A stretch of DNA of 64,000 nucleotides from an uncultured Desulfobacter sp. (lineage in GTDB: Bacteria > Desulfobacterota > Desulfobacteria > Desulfobacterales > Desulfobacteraceae). The first letter of the stretch is position 1. Each line of letters starts with the position of its first letter. The stretch lies in the NCBI GenBank assembly GCA_963665095.1, contig OY762069.1:5984001-6048000 (forward strand), in the 5' to 3' direction. The notes below the pieces were generated by a model that saw only the letters and a list, made by a program, of their open reading frames with translations, did not search any database and was not told where the DNA came from. The translations under genes and the position numbers were made by a program. Below, piece after piece: positions 48,332 through 59,515 of this stretch.

Positions 48332-49351
48332 TTACTCTTTCCCGAAAAGCCCTTTGGGGCACATTAATAGAATGAGGGCCATGATCATGAAGTTGACGCC
48401 CAGGGCCATCTTGGGCACCAGGTATGCAACATAGTTAAAAGACAGTCCCACGATGATAGCTCCCACAAAACTGCCTGCCACCGATCCCATCCCGCCGATG
48501 ATTACCACGATCAGGGCGAAAATCAGGAACTGATCCCCCATACCCGGATTGACGGCCTGATTGAACACTGCCATCATGGTGCCGCCCATGGCGGCAAAGG
48601 CAGCCCCGGCCGCAAATACCAGGGTGAAAATCCGGTTGATATTGTATCCAGTGGTCTCAACAATTTCCCGGTTCTCCACCCCTGCCCGGACAATGATACC
48701 CAGTTTGGTTTTTTGGAGGACAAATTCAAGCAGGGCAAATACGCCAACGCCCAGGGCAATGGCCACCACCCGGAAATATTCCACAAATACGCCGTATATG
48801 ATGAAGCTGTCCTGGAAGGCCAGGGGAACCTGCACCACCTCGTCATTTACCCCCCAGATGATTTTGAGGATCTCTATGAGAACAAAGGAGACACCCACTG
48901 TAACCAGAAGCTGCATCAGGTGATCTCCGTAGACCCGCTGGATCACCAGGCGCTCGATAATGATACCAAGAACTGCCCCCAGCAGGCCGGCCGCCCCAAG
49001 GGCCAGCAACAGGTAGACAATACTGCCGCCTAAGGTTGCCGTATCGCTCAGGCCCCGGGCACTGATAAAGTTAAGCACCGTGTAACCCATATATGCCCCA
49101 AAAGCGAAAAAGGCGGCATGGGCAAGGTTCAGTACATCCATCAGGCCGAATATCAGTGTCAGGCCCGATGCGATAAGAAATATCAGCATGCCCAGGGAGA
49201 GTCCTGCCACTGTCAATGTCAGGTAGGTGACCGGATCAATCCAGACCAGGGGAAGCAGAAACAGGCCGATGCCCAGGCATGTATTGACTGCAGACCGGTT
49301 TATACGCCTTTGGGGTGCACTGCCGGTTTTTTTGAGAATGTGGGTTGTCAT
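48332..49351 (-). CDS. livH: Branched-chain amino acid-type ABC permease
   Basis: GLTLIFGLMDVLNLAH; TKLGIIVRA; VIIGGMGS. Confidence 0.9.
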   Translation of the reverse strand: MTTHILKKTGSAPQRRINRSAVNTCLGIGLFLLPLVWIDPVTYLTLTVAGLSLGMLIFLIASGLTLIFGLMDVLNLAHAAFFAFGAYMGYTVLNFISARGLSDTATLGGSIVYLLLALGAAGLLGAVLGIIIERLVIQRVYGDHLMQLLVTVGVSFVLIEILKIIWGVNDEVVQVPLAFQDSFIIYGVFVEYFRVVAIALGVGVFALLEFVLQKTKLGIIVRAGVENREIVETTGYNINRIFTLVFAAGAAFAAMGGTMMAVFNQAVNPGMGDQFLIFALIVVIIGGMGSVAGSFVGAIIVGLSFNYVAYLVPKMALGVNFMIMALILLMCPKGLFGKE

Positions 49352-49364
49352 GATTGTCCCTTTG

Positions 49365-50072
49365 TCATATCCCCAGATAAATTTTCATCATTTGTTTGTC
49401 CTGGGCCAGGTCCTTCATCAGTCCGTGGTGAACCACCCGGCCGTCGTCCAGGATAAAACAGTCCAGTCCCACCTGGCAGGCCAGGTTGAAATTCTGTTCC
49501 ACCAGGATGACCTTTGTTTTGTCCCCGATGCTCATCAGGGCCTCCCCGAGCTGGTCAACCACAATGGGGGCAAGCCCCTTTGACGGCTCATCAATGAGGA
49601 GCATGGCATGGTCACAGACAAAGACTCTGGCAATGGCCAGCATCTGTTTCTGTCCGCCGGACAAAAGGCCTGCCTTTCTCTTCCAGAACGTCTTGAGCGC
49701 CGGGAACAGGATGAGTACCTCTTCAAGCTTTTCACGGGTGGTATCGTTTTCATCTATCATGGAAAGTCTGAAGTTCTCCTCCACGGTGAGGCTGAAGAGA
49801 ACCGCCTTGTCCTCAGGCACAAAACCGATGCCCATGCGGGCTATATCGTAGCTTTTGCTGCCTGCGATATCTTTGTCCATAAATGTGATGCTGCCGGAGG
49901 TGGGCGGATAGACTCCCATGATTGTTTTAAGGGTGCTGGATTTGCCGGCCCCGTTTCGTCCAAGAAGGATGGTGGCGCCCCCTGCAGCCACTTCAAGACA
50001 GACGCCTTGGAGAATATGATGCCGGTCCATATGGGTATGAACGTTTTCAAGGCGCAGCATGGGGTCATGCAT
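49365..50072 (-). CDS. livF: ABC ATP-binding protein
   Basis: GRNGAGKS; LSGGQKQMLAIAR; DEPSKGLAP; VEQN. Confidence 0.92.
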   Translation of the reverse strand: MHDPMLRLENVHTHMDRHHILQGVCLEVAAGGATILLGRNGAGKSSTLKTIMGVYPPTSGSITFMDKDIAGSKSYDIARMGIGFVPEDKAVLFSLTVEENFRLSMIDENDTTREKLEEVLILFPALKTFWKRKAGLLSGGQKQMLAIARVFVCDHAMLLIDEPSKGLAPIVVDQLGEALMSIGDKTKVILVEQNFNLACQVGLDCFILDDGRVVHHGLMKDLAQDKQMMKIYLGI

Positions 50073-50832
50073 GTTTGACACCCCCTCCCAGATAGGCCTT
50101 CATCACGCTGGCATTGTTGGAGACTGCCTCCGGGGTATCGTCGCAGATGACCCGGCCGTCCTGAAGGACAGCAATGGCGTCTGACAACGCCATGATCATG
50201 TCAAACTTGTGCTCCACCAGAAGAATGGTCCTGTCCTTTCTATCCTTGATGTCCCGGATAATATCCAGGATGGCCGGGACATCCTCAAGACTCATGCCGG
50301 CGGTGGGCTCGTCCAGCAGCAGGATTTCAGGATCCAGAGCCAGGAGGATGGCAATTTCAAGTTTCCGCTGTTCACCGTGTGTCAGGCTGCTGGCCTCATG
50401 GTCCTGTTTATCCTCCAGTCCTACCTGAACCAGGCATTGCCGGGACTGTTCCTCCAGCTCGGGGTAATCCAGATAATGTTTCCAGAACACCATGCCGATT
50501 TCCTGTTTGGACTGAACTGCCAGCCGGACATTTTCCAGTACTGTGAGGCTCGGATAGATGTTCGTTAGCTGAAAGGAGCGGCCAATGCCGGCCTTTGCCC
50601 GGCCGGCCGCATTGGTCCGGGTGATGTCCTTGCCGTGAACCAGTACCTGCCCGGATGTCGGCCGGTACTGACCTGAAATCAGGTTGAACAGGGTGGTTTT
50701 TCCGGCGCCGTTGGGGCCGATGATGGACTTCAGGCAGAAGGGTTCAACACTGAAGTTGAGCTGGTCCACCACCACATGTCCGCCAAAGCTGATGGTCAGA
50801 TCCCGGGTTTCGATTGCTGGGGCTGGTGCCAT
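50065..50832 (-). CDS. livG: ABC ATP-binding protein
   Basis: GPNGAGKTT; RSFQ; HGEQRKLEIA; DEPTAGM; VEH. Confidence 0.92.
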   Translation of the reverse strand: MAPAPAIETRDLTISFGGHVVVDQLNFSVEPFCLKSIIGPNGAGKTTLFNLISGQYRPTSGQVLVHGKDITRTNAAGRAKAGIGRSFQLTNIYPSLTVLENVRLAVQSKQEIGMVFWKHYLDYPELEEQSRQCLVQVGLEDKQDHEASSLTHGEQRKLEIAILLALDPEILLLDEPTAGMSLEDVPAILDIIRDIKDRKDRTILLVEHKFDMIMALSDAIAVLQDGRVICDDTPEAVSNNASVMKAYLGGGVKHA

Positions 50833-50882
50833 TTTAACCTTCCTTTGTTTATTCTCATGGGCTGATGCGTGTCAGGGGCGTA

Positions 50883-52079
50883 CTATTGATTCCGGATGGG
50901 AATATCCATCTCTTTGTACGAAATCACCCGGGTCACCTCCGGAATGCCCCAGTCCACCCCTTTGCGGGTGGTAATTTTGAAGGCATACATGTCCTGAAGG
51001 GCCTGGTGGTCTTCTTTTCTGAACATCATCTCCCCTTTGGGGGTGTCAAACTGCATCCCCTCCATGGCGGAGATCAGGGCTTCGGTATCTGTTGTGCCGG
51101 CCTCTGTGATCGCCTTGACAACCGCCAGAGCAGCAGTCATGCCGCCGCAGGTGAAAAAATCCGGTGGTGCGTTGAACCGTTTCATATGGGTTTCCACCAG
51201 CCAGTCGTTGATCGCGTTGTTCGGGCTTTCGTAGTAGTAGTAATTTCCGCCTTCAGCGCCCACCAGGGTTTTGTAGGTTTTAAGCACATCAATGATGTTG
51301 CCCCCGACGGCCAGGTTAATATTGTACCGTTTGTCCAGCTTCATGGCGTTGAGCTTGGCAGTGGGGTTATTTTTTCCGGCCCAGTAAATAGCCAGGTATT
51401 TCTTGCCCTCAACCTTGCCCATGGCCTTGATGATCCGCTGGGCAGGGGCTGTGAAATCCACCGTATCCAGAGGCATGTATTCCTCGTGTACAACCTTGGC
51501 ACCCGTGGCAGCCAGGGCTTCTTTGGCCGTTGCCACACCGTCGCGGCCAAAGGTGTAATCCTGGGCAATATAGGCCACATTGACCCCTGGCCCTCCGATG
51601 GCGGCTGCCTGGGATATGGCATCCTGGGATGAGTTGCGGCCCGTCCGGAATATATACCGGTTCCAGGCCTTGCCGGTAATGGAGTCTGCTACGGCCGGCT
51701 CCACCACCAGGATTTTTTTAAATTCTTTGGCCACCGGCAGACAGGCCATGGCCACTGCTGAAGAGACAGGTCCCACGGCAATATCCACCTGATCATCCTG
51801 GAAAGCGGCCGTGAGCAGCTGCTTGCCCATTTCCGGCTTCATATGCGTATCCTTGACAATCACCTCCACCGGTCGGCCCAGGACTTCAAACGTATTGTTG
51901 GTGGCATACTCAAGACCGAGCTTGAACCCTTCCACAGCCTGTTTGGCATACGCTTCATATGGGCCTGTCAGGCAGGCGAGCTGGGCAATCTTGATGGGCT
52001 GGGCCGCCTGCAGGGGTGATGCAAAAACAAAGATAAGCAAAAAACCCGCTGCCAATTTAATCAATTGCCTTTTTTCCAT
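50883..52079 (-). CDS. LivK-like ABC substrate-binding protein
   Basis: Signal peptide; IKIA..LTG; GPVSS; YIFR; DYTFG; FDTPKG. Confidence 0.88.
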   Translation of the reverse strand: MEKRQLIKLAAGFLLIFVFASPLQAAQPIKIAQLACLTGPYEAYAKQAVEGFKLGLEYATNNTFEVLGRPVEVIVKDTHMKPEMGKQLLTAAFQDDQVDIAVGPVSSAVAMACLPVAKEFKKILVVEPAVADSITGKAWNRYIFRTGRNSSQDAISQAAAIGGPGVNVAYIAQDYTFGRDGVATAKEALAATGAKVVHEEYMPLDTVDFTAPAQRIIKAMGKVEGKKYLAIYWAGKNNPTAKLNAMKLDKRYNINLAVGGNIIDVLKTYKTLVGAEGGNYYYYESPNNAINDWLVETHMKRFNAPPDFFTCGGMTAALAVVKAITEAGTTDTEALISAMEGMQFDTPKGEMMFRKEDHQALQDMYAFKITTRKGVDWGIPEVTRVISYKEMDIPIRNQ

Positions 52080-52320
52080 TTTTGACTCCTTTCCTGGTTG
52101 ATGTTGCCGGCACATGCCTTCGGCGATTTCAGTTAAAAATTATACCGTTTTTGCTTACCTTTTCACCTGCCTTTGGCACAGGCACAGAGCGTAAATGGCC
52201 TGACAATTGATGCCTGACCCTTTGTGCAGACGAATAAAATCCCTTGCGCAATCCGGTATGTTTTTTACGCCAATCGTCTTACCGGTGATCGGTTGTTAGT
52301 GGCTGACACTATTTACTAAA

Positions 52321-52336
52321 AGCAAGGTATATACCA
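52321..52336 (-). promoter_or_regulatory. Sigma-54 promoter of the liv-like operon
   Basis: Minus strand TGGTATATACCTTGCT (GG-N10-GC). Confidence 0.75.
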
Positions 52337-52403
52337 TGCGTGAAAATTTAATTTAACAACTTGAAAATAATAAGAAAATTTAAATTTCAATGGTACGACC
52401 ACT

Positions 52404-52509
52404 TGTCCGGAATTCCGGACACTTTCCTTGGTTTTCCGGGAAAATATCCGATTTCATACCCTTTATTTCATCTGTCCTGAAATCCGGCCAAGTGTCGGAA
52501 TTCCGGACA
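52404..52509. promoter_or_regulatory. Enhancer (UAS) array
   Basis: Perfect palindrome tgtccggaattccggaca (52404-52421) with variants at 52473-52490 and 52493-52509. Confidence 0.7.
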
Positions 52510-52531
52510 ATTCCCCATGTGCGATTAAAAA

Positions 52532-53911
52532 TCAGATATTGTACTTTTTTATCCGGTCATATAGCGCAGACCGGCTGACCCCAAGTATTCTGGCCGCTTC
52601 TGACCGGTTTCCGTTCACCTGGTTCAGGCATACTCTGATGGCGTTTTTCTCAGCGGTTTCCACTGCGGTCTTAAGGGATCGGACCGAACCGTCTGCAGGC
52701 GTTTCTGACACGATCCGGGGCAGGGCCAGGTGTACCGGTTCAATGATGTCCTGATCCGCTAAAATCATGGCACGCTCCAGCATGTTTTCAAGCTCCCGCA
52801 CATTGCCCGGCCAGTGATAATTCTCCAATGCAGACAGGGCGGCATGGGAAACGGTGCTTTTTTTACGGTCAAGTTTCAGGCTCAGTTTGCCCAGCAGCAC
52901 GTCCACCAGGCCCTTGAGATCCTCCATCCGCTCTCTTAAGGAGGGGATCTGAATGGACATGACATTGAGCCTGAAATAGAGGTCAGACCGGAACTGCCCG
53001 TTTGAGCACATCTTTTTCAGATTCCTGTTGGTTGCCGCAATGACCCGGCAATCCACCTGGATGGTCTGGCTGCTGCTGATCCGCTCAATTTCTTTTTCCT
53101 GGAGCACCCGCAGCAGTTTGGCCTGCATATCCAGCGGCAGGTCTCCGATCTCATCCAGGAAGATAGACCCCCCGTCTGCAATCTCAAACTTTCCCTGTTT
53201 TCCCTTTTCCCGGGCCCCGGTAAACGCGCCGCCCTCATACCCGAACAACTCAGACTCAATGAGCTGGGCCGGAATGGCCGCACAATTGACTTTTATAAAC
53301 GGCCCTGCCTGCCGCTGGCTGCTGTGGTGGATGGCATGGGCAAACAGTTCCTTACCCGTTCCGCTCTCCCCGGTGAGCAATACATGGGTCACGGTTTGGG
53401 ATGCCTTTTGGGCCATCTTTACGGTTTCCAGGAAGGCCGGACTCTGACCGTAAATATGGTCCCAGGTGTATTTAGCCGCATTCATCCGGGAGAGCACCTT
53501 TTCATACTGACGGATCTTGGATTCCAGAAGGCGGTTGGTCTGAATGATCTCTTTCATGTTCTCAACGGTTTCAAAAAGGACCATGCCAAACCCGTAGGCT
53601 ACGTTTCCGGCCTCGTCCAGAACCGGAATCCTGTGGACTATGGCTGTTTTCCCATTGACAAAGGTATGCTTCCAGGCGATCTCTGCCTGTTTGTTTTTAA
53701 ATACGGCCGGCCACCTTGTATTCCTGTCGATCTCAAGGGCATTTTTGCCGAGCATGTCCTTTTTGTCAAAATTCAGAAACCTGGCAAATGCCCGGTTGAT
53801 GAGTTGAACCTTCATCTCGCCGTCCACCAGAATAATGGGAATGGGAATGGGATCAAAAATTTTTTCCATGGTCCGGATCAGGTCTGTCCGCTGAATCCAC
53901 CTGGTTTTCAC
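52532..53911 (-). CDS. PAS-domain sigma-54 enhancer-binding protein
   Basis: [37 protein letters not shown] start after AGGAGG. Confidence 0.93.
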   Translation of the reverse strand: MKTRWIQRTDLIRTMEKIFDPIPIPIILVDGEMKVQLINRAFARFLNFDKKDMLGKNALEIDRNTRWPAVFKNKQAEIAWKHTFVNGKTAIVHRIPVLDEAGNVAYGFGMVLFETVENMKEIIQTNRLLESKIRQYEKVLSRMNAAKYTWDHIYGQSPAFLETVKMAQKASQTVTHVLLTGESGTGKELFAHAIHHSSQRQAGPFIKVNCAAIPAQLIESELFGYEGGAFTGAREKGKQGKFEIADGGSIFLDEIGDLPLDMQAKLLRVLQEKEIERISSSQTIQVDCRVIAATNRNLKKMCSNGQFRSDLYFRLNVMSIQIPSLRERMEDLKGLVDVLLGKLSLKLDRKKSTVSHAALSALENYHWPGNVRELENMLERAMILADQDIIEPVHLALPRIVSETPADGSVRSLKTAVETAEKNAIRVCLNQVNGNRSEAARILGVSRSALYDRIKKYNI

Positions 53912-54217
53912 TGGCCGCCTCCTGATTAAATTGAGTCCACCACGCAAAGGGTGTCGCCCCTGGCGAATCATGAAAGAACTTCAGGGAATTTGCCTGATCT
54001 TTTCACATAACCATTTATAACACAATGAATTTATTCAGTCCTGGATATTCCCGCACTGCAGTTGCCAGGCATAAGCGTATGCGTTCTATCTATTTTTTTA
54101 AGCGAGCATTGGCGAAAAGATTTTCGGGCGGTAAGATTCCTTGACTATCCAAGGGTAAAACTCTACAATTTTACATCTTTAAACAAACTCTAAAAATCGT
54201 TCAAAGAGGAGAAACAG

Positions 54218-55342
54218 ATGAAAAATTTTTATTTTGTCTTGATATTGCTGCTCCTTTTAGGCATGCCTGCCGGGAGTTTACAGGCTGACACCCCGTGTGC
54301 CGTGGATATCTCAAGTCTTGATCTGGGGCTTTTCCAAAGAATTTCAGTAAACGAATCCGTGACTATTACCGCCGATGCCGTCTCAACCTGTGAGGGAGAC
54401 ATCTATTACAGGTTTGACCTTATTCCGGGATATAATACAGAAAACTATGATGCGAACAACGTGTACACTACGATTCAGGATTTCTCCCTGGAAAACAGTG
54501 TCACCCATACCTTTACCAGTCCCGGCAACTACATTATCGTAGCCTTTGCTTCGGCCACCCAGGGGTTTCCCGTTGGCGCCTATCCCATAATCGGAGGTTC
54601 CATTATTGTTCTGCCGCAAGAAAGTGATATGGCGCCTGCCATTCAGGTCGCCCAGGACGTCTCTCATCTGATTTCGTCCACAGAAGCCGTCTATTCAACT
54701 CAGGAAGCCGATGCCATCACAGGGAATGTCGGTTACGCAGAAAGCCTGGCCTGTCCCGACGTTACCTTGACAGGTGCCGGGTTGAATCTGACCCTGACTC
54801 TCACCTACAGCTCAGGCTGTGAGCTTGACGGCATTCCAGTGGAGGGTACTGCCATTGGATCATTGTCTTACCAGACAGGCCAGGGCATTAATATCAGTCT
54901 TGTTTTCAGCGATTTCACCGTTGATCAGAGCAGTGTTGACGGCAACGTGAATATCAATGCCAATACCATACAGGGAGCCGAGATAACATTGAACTCAGCG
55001 CTTGCTTACACCGACATTTCAGGCGATACACAAAGTCTGTCCATTACCAATATGGCTGTTTCTGTTGATACCGGCAATACGCTCCAATACCCCAACGACG
55101 ACACTTACATCCTAAACGGAACCGGTACATATACGGACAGTTCCGACACTTCCTATACAGTGACATTTACCAATGTGGTGTCAACTTTCGACTGCTACGT
55201 GCCTGTTTCAGGAATCGCCAGCATTACCAGTTCCGATGGCACTTACAACGCGACCATTGATTTCGGTGACGACACCTGTGATACTGTGGTGATTATTACT
55301 ACCAACAACGTCACCATACCAATAGACCTTTCCGCGTTGTAA
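54218..55342 (+). CDS. Secreted acidic beta-rich hypothetical protein
   Basis: Signal peptide; PKD/Y_Y_Y-like segment (IYYRF..IQDFS..FTSPGNYIIV); Thr/Ser/Asp-rich with paired Cys. Confidence 0.75.
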   Translation: MKNFYFVLILLLLLGMPAGSLQADTPCAVDISSLDLGLFQRISVNESVTITADAVSTCEGDIYYRFDLIPGYNTENYDANNVYTTIQDFSLENSVTHTFTSPGNYIIVAFASATQGFPVGAYPIIGGSIIVLPQESDMAPAIQVAQDVSHLISSTEAVYSTQEADAITGNVGYAESLACPDVTLTGAGLNLTLTLTYSSGCELDGIPVEGTAIGSLSYQTGQGINISLVFSDFTVDQSSVDGNVNINANTIQGAEITLNSALAYTDISGDTQSLSITNMAVSVDTGNTLQYPNDDTYILNGTGTYTDSSDTSYTVTFTNVVSTFDCYVPVSGIASITSSDGTYNATIDFGDDTCDTVVIITTNNVTIPIDLSAL

Positions 55343-55364
55343 TCCTAAAAAAGAGGTGAAATTT

Positions 55365-55397
55365 AGCCCCTCCTCCCGTAAAGGGATAGGGGCTTTT
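55365..55397 (+). terminator. Intrinsic terminator
   Basis: agcccct..aggggct followed by a T-run. Confidence 0.65.
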
Positions 55398-55596
55398 ATT
55401 AATCCCGATCACCTGACAGATGGAGACATCTGCCATGGATGAGGCACAGGCACCCGGCAGAGGAGTAAATACAGCATGTGGCGAAGGGATTTATTACACG
55501 TCATTCATTCTGAAAGTTGCTTTTGTTCGATAATAATGGCATCTTTTCTGGCAGTTTAGATAGTTTTTAAACCCATGGAATCAAGGAGTTTATAAA

Positions 55597-56829
55597 ATGA
55601 AAGTTCAAAAAGTTGTTGATGATATTTACCGCCTTGCCGTGAATATTGAAGATGAAAAGTATCTTTTTGAGGGGATCTGGCCCATTCCCCACGGCATTTC
55701 AATTAACGCCTATCTGATCAAGGGGGAGAAAAATGTCCTCATTGATCTGACCCAGGATATCATGGACTTTCCAACGGCCATTGCCGGGCAGATGGAAGGG
55801 GTCAGCATTGCTGTGGAGGACATTGATATCATTGTGGTCAACCACATGGAGCCGGACCACTCAGGCTGGCTGCGGGAGTTCTGCAAGCGGAACACCAAGG
55901 GTGTTATCTACTGCACGAAAAAGGCCATTCCCCTGCTTGAAGCCTTTGGCAGCGTGCCTGCGGAAAGGGCCATTGCCATCACGGACGGGATGACTCTGGA
56001 AGTCGGGGATTATGAGCTGCAGTTTTTTGAAACCCCCAATATTCACTGGCCTGAAACCATGATGACCTATGAGAAAAAACGCGGCATTCTGTTTGCCTGT
56101 GACGCATTCGGCTCCTACGGCAAGCTCGAAGATGACGCTATTTTTGATGACCAGCTTTCCCAAGAGAAACACGCCTTTTTTGAAAACGAGGCATTGCGGT
56201 ATTATGCCAACATTGTATCTTCGTTTTCCGCATTTGTCCTCAAAGGCTTAACCAAGCTTGGCGGGCTGGATATCAAAATCATCTGTCCGTCCCACGGTAT
56301 TATCTGGCGGGATAATCCCAGTGTGATCATCGGCCATTACAAACGCTATGCCGAGTACAGCAAGGGCCCCGGTGAACGGGAAGTGACACTGGTCTGGTCC
56401 AGCATGTACGGCAGTACAAAATCCATGCTCAATCTGGTGGTTGAGACCTTGAGAAAACATAGGATCCCTGTCCATGTTTTCCAGGCCCCCGGAGATGACA
56501 TCGGTTATATCCTGGCCAGTGCCTGGAAATCAGCAGGGCTTATTTTCGGCATGCCCACATACGAGTACAAGGTGTTTCCGCCCATGGCCCATGTGATTGA
56601 CGAGCTTCTGGTGAAAAAAGTCACCAACAAAAAGGTGTTCAGGTACGGCTCATATGGATGGGTCGGGGGCGCCCAGCGGGATTTTGAAGCAAGAATCGCA
56701 AAGTCAGGCTGGGATCTGCTTGATTTCTACGAATGGCAGGGGGCACCCACCCCGGAGGATGAAAAGAACATGGCAGCCGCCCTGGATGCCTATTGTGAAT
56801 CGTTGATTCAGTTCACCCCGGAAAAGTAA
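55597..56829 (+). CDS. fprA: Flavodiiron protein (FprA/ROO family)
   Basis: NHMEPDHSG; HWPE; CDAFG; PSHG; flavodoxin SMYGST; GSYGW. Confidence 0.93.
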   Translation: MKVQKVVDDIYRLAVNIEDEKYLFEGIWPIPHGISINAYLIKGEKNVLIDLTQDIMDFPTAIAGQMEGVSIAVEDIDIIVVNHMEPDHSGWLREFCKRNTKGVIYCTKKAIPLLEAFGSVPAERAIAITDGMTLEVGDYELQFFETPNIHWPETMMTYEKKRGILFACDAFGSYGKLEDDAIFDDQLSQEKHAFFENEALRYYANIVSSFSAFVLKGLTKLGGLDIKIICPSHGIIWRDNPSVIIGHYKRYAEYSKGPGEREVTLVWSSMYGSTKSMLNLVVETLRKHRIPVHVFQAPGDDIGYILASAWKSAGLIFGMPTYEYKVFPPMAHVIDELLVKKVTNKKVFRYGSYGWVGGAQRDFEARIAKSGWDLLDFYEWQGAPTPEDEKNMAAALDAYCESLIQFTPEK

Positions 56830-56869
56830 AAAAACAGTTTTATTGCCGGGGATAAACCGTACAAACCAG

Positions 56870-56906
56870 AGCCAGCCCGCTATTGCTGCGGGCTGGCTGT
56901 TTTTTT
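56870..56906 (+). terminator. Intrinsic terminator after fprA
   Basis: agccagcccgc / gcgggctggct followed by T7. Confidence 0.8.
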
Positions 56907-56969
56907 AACCAGGCCTTCTCAATGCCTTTAATTCCAGCCCATTCATCCCGTACCTGCTTAACTGAAATA

Positions 56970-57090
56970 TCTGTTGCGTCATCCCCGACAGGGGCACACA
57001 GCCACCGTGTCAGGGGGCAGGTCACAAGCTTGTCTGCGAGAATTTCCTTCACCGACATATCCGTCTGATACTGGGCCATGGGTGATTATC
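56970..57090 (-). pseudogene. Thiolase-family internal fragment
   Basis: AQYQTDMSVKEILADKLVTCPLTRWLCAPVGDDA aligns by eye with AQYRFTQTTDQVLEDREVSYPLTRGMCAPIGDGA of the thiolase at 25343-26593. Confidence 0.65.
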
Positions 57091-57169
57091 CCTTTTCATA
57101 TATGGCTAATCGGTAAAAAGCCGGGTCTTCATTTTCAGAGTCAGGCCATTTTAATAAAAGCGGATGTGT

Positions 57170-57617
57170 CATAGGTCTGTATGGCTGACGGATTGGCCAG
57201 ATGAACCCGGTACCCTTGTTCCTGGAGGCCATCCATCAGCCAGTACCAGTTGTATGTTGATTTCACAACTACAGCTTTCAAATCCTTCTGATATGGTTCC
57301 ATTGCTTTAAGCGCATATGGCAGATGGTTTTCAACCCGCTTGCCAAAGACCTTGTTGTCATGTTCGTCAATAATTCCAATGTAATTATTGCTTGAAGGCA
57401 AATCGATTCCAGCTATCAGTTGCATACGGCACCTCCTAGATCCTTTATTATTAATATTTTTTTTGGACCATAACATGTTGTTATGGTTGGGGAGGTGCCA
57501 TTTTTTTAGTGGGTGATGTCCATAGGGTCTTAATCCCATGCGAGACATCTTTCTGGTACGCTGAGAATTGTTGGCGTTTAACCTTCTGTGGTATTCTTTT
57601 AGGCCTTTAGATGATTA
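57170..57617 (-). mobile_element. IS110-family remnant: 5' non-coding end plus truncated DEDD recombinase N-terminus (ATG at 57425)
   Basis: IAGIDLPSSNNY..AVVVKSTYNWYWLMDGL..VHLANP. Leader hairpin ggcacctcc / ggaggtgcc covers the RBS. Confidence 0.8.
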
Positions 57618-57665
57618 TCAGAGTAAAATTAAATTGGCGGTTTGATTTAATTTTACTCTGACCCC
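57618..57665. repeat. REP-like palindrome abutting the IS110 end
   Basis: tcagagtaaaattaaat-N10-atttaattttactctga, followed by cccc. Confidence 0.7.
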
Positions 57666-57675
57666 AATTATTTTT

Positions 57676-59244
57676 TTATTGCAGGTCCATGCCCGCTCCC
57701 TTACGGACGTTTAATTTGCGCATGCGCGAGGCAAACGTGGAACGGTTGATGCCCGAAGCCCGGGCAGCCCAGGTGATATTCCAGTTGAACTTTTCCATTA
57801 ATGCAGTGACATAGGCCTTTTCAAGATCCGGCCAGGTCATGGCTGAGATGTCACGCAGGCAGCCGTTTTTCGGGCTTTGCAGGGCGGAAGGGCTCTCGTC
57901 TTTTTCATCTGGGGATATGTCAGATCGCTCACTGTTCCGGATATGTTCCGGCAGGTCTGCCGGACCGATAACGTCTGCAGGCGCTGTGACCATCAGATAC
58001 CGGACAAGATTTTCCAGCTCGCGGATGTTGCCGGGCCAGGTGTAGGCCATCAGCTGCTGCATGGCCTCGGACGCCATTTTTTTGCCGTAAGTTTTTGCCT
58101 TACCCGCTTCACTGTCCAGAAAATGGTTGGCCAGTAAGGGGATGTCCTCTTTTCTGTCTCGCAGGGGCGGCAGATGCACCGGCAGAACTGCCAGGCGGTA
58201 ATAGAGATCCTGGCGAAACCGGTTTTCCTGGATCATGCGGTTCAGATCTTTGTTGGTGGCAGCAATGATCCTGACGTTGATGTGCAGGACCCGGCTTGCA
58301 CCCAGAGGCTTTATTTCATTTTTCTGCAGCACCCGCAGAAGTCCTGCCTGGGTACTTAACGGCATATCCCCGATTTCGTCAAGGAATACGGTGCCGCCGT
58401 CCGCTGCTTCAAACAGGCCGGCCCGGTCCTGGTTGGCCCCGGTGAACGCCCCTTTTTTATAACCGAACAACTCGCTTTCCAGAAGGGTTTCTGGAATAGC
58501 TGAACAGTTCTGGACCAGAAAGGGCTGGTCCACCCGGCTGCTGTCCTTGTGCAGGCGCTCTGCCACCAGCTCCTTGCCCGTGCCGCTTTCTCCGGTGATC
58601 AGGACGTTGAAATCCGTATCTGCATAGCTTTTGACCAGTTCCACGCTTTTATGAAAACCCGGGCTCTGACCGATGATGGTCTCTTCTTTTTTCACCCGGG
58701 ACAGGGCCGAGGTCAGCTGCCGGTTTTTTTTGCGCTCACTGGCATAACGAATGGCATTGCCCATGGCAATGGAACAGATCCCGACCAGATTCTGAAGATG
58801 CTCAAGATACGAGGGCTCCAGGTTCAGCCGGATACGATCCGGGTTGGTATCAATGATCTGCACGGCGCCAAATACCTCCCCATCCCCCACCAGCAGAGGA
58901 AAGCACAGGATCTGGCTGCTTTTTACGGCAAAATGGGCCTCAAGCTCCCGGTTGTGGCGGCGGTCCGACCCTGCTTCTGCAATGGTCATTTTTCCGTTCT
59001 CAATCACCCATCCCACAATGGAGGGCTGGCCGGCATCAAGGGCCACCCCCCGGATATTTTCACTCTCCTGGCCTGCTGCTTCCACACACACATAGGTCTG
59101 GCCCCGTTTAATCCAGATGGAACCCCGCCGGACATTCTGGATTCTGAGCAGGGCATTGAGAAATTTTTTCTGCAACAGCCCGGGATCCAGTTCTTTAAAC
59201 AGGTCATAATTCCAGATGGGTCGGTCTTCTTTTCTGTCAGTCAT
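57676..59244 (-). CDS. GAF-domain sigma-54 enhancer-binding protein
   Basis: GAF (SIVGWV..ILCFPL..GAVQII); [25 protein letters not shown]. Confidence 0.93.
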   Translation of the reverse strand: MTDRKEDRPIWNYDLFKELDPGLLQKKFLNALLRIQNVRRGSIWIKRGQTYVCVEAAGQESENIRGVALDAGQPSIVGWVIENGKMTIAEAGSDRRHNRELEAHFAVKSSQILCFPLLVGDGEVFGAVQIIDTNPDRIRLNLEPSYLEHLQNLVGICSIAMGNAIRYASERKKNRQLTSALSRVKKEETIIGQSPGFHKSVELVKSYADTDFNVLITGESGTGKELVAERLHKDSSRVDQPFLVQNCSAIPETLLESELFGYKKGAFTGANQDRAGLFEAADGGTVFLDEIGDMPLSTQAGLLRVLQKNEIKPLGASRVLHINVRIIAATNKDLNRMIQENRFRQDLYYRLAVLPVHLPPLRDRKEDIPLLANHFLDSEAGKAKTYGKKMASEAMQQLMAYTWPGNIRELENLVRYLMVTAPADVIGPADLPEHIRNSERSDISPDEKDESPSALQSPKNGCLRDISAMTWPDLEKAYVTALMEKFNWNITWAARASGINRSTFASRMRKLNVRKGAGMDLQ

Positions 59245-59452
59245 ATCTTCACGCCTCTTATTGCCATAAGAAAAGTTTGTCTCCTTTTTTAATTCAGAGC
59301 GAACGTGTGCCAGTGACAGGGCGAATCAGTCTTCTTGTTATATTTAACCTGTATACAGTTGTTTTAATGAAATTTAAACAGCTATAATGTTGATATTTCA
59401 CATGCAGATATAAATATGCTATAGAATCAAATAGATAGTTTCAAAAAAATTT

Positions 59453-59468
59453 TGGCACAGAAAATGCT
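59453..59468 (+). promoter_or_regulatory. Sigma-54 promoter
   Basis: TGGCACAGAAAATGCT (GG-N10-GC). Confidence 0.75.
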
Positions 59469-59515
59469 TTTACCTGATTCCAGCAGGCATGAACCTTTTT
59501 GAAAGGAGATACATC

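Noticed and set aside
59296..59313. Sigma-54 promoter for the GAF-bEBP (TGGCACACGTTCGCT, minus strand)
   Set aside because: The GG-to-GC spacing is 9 nt rather than the required 10.
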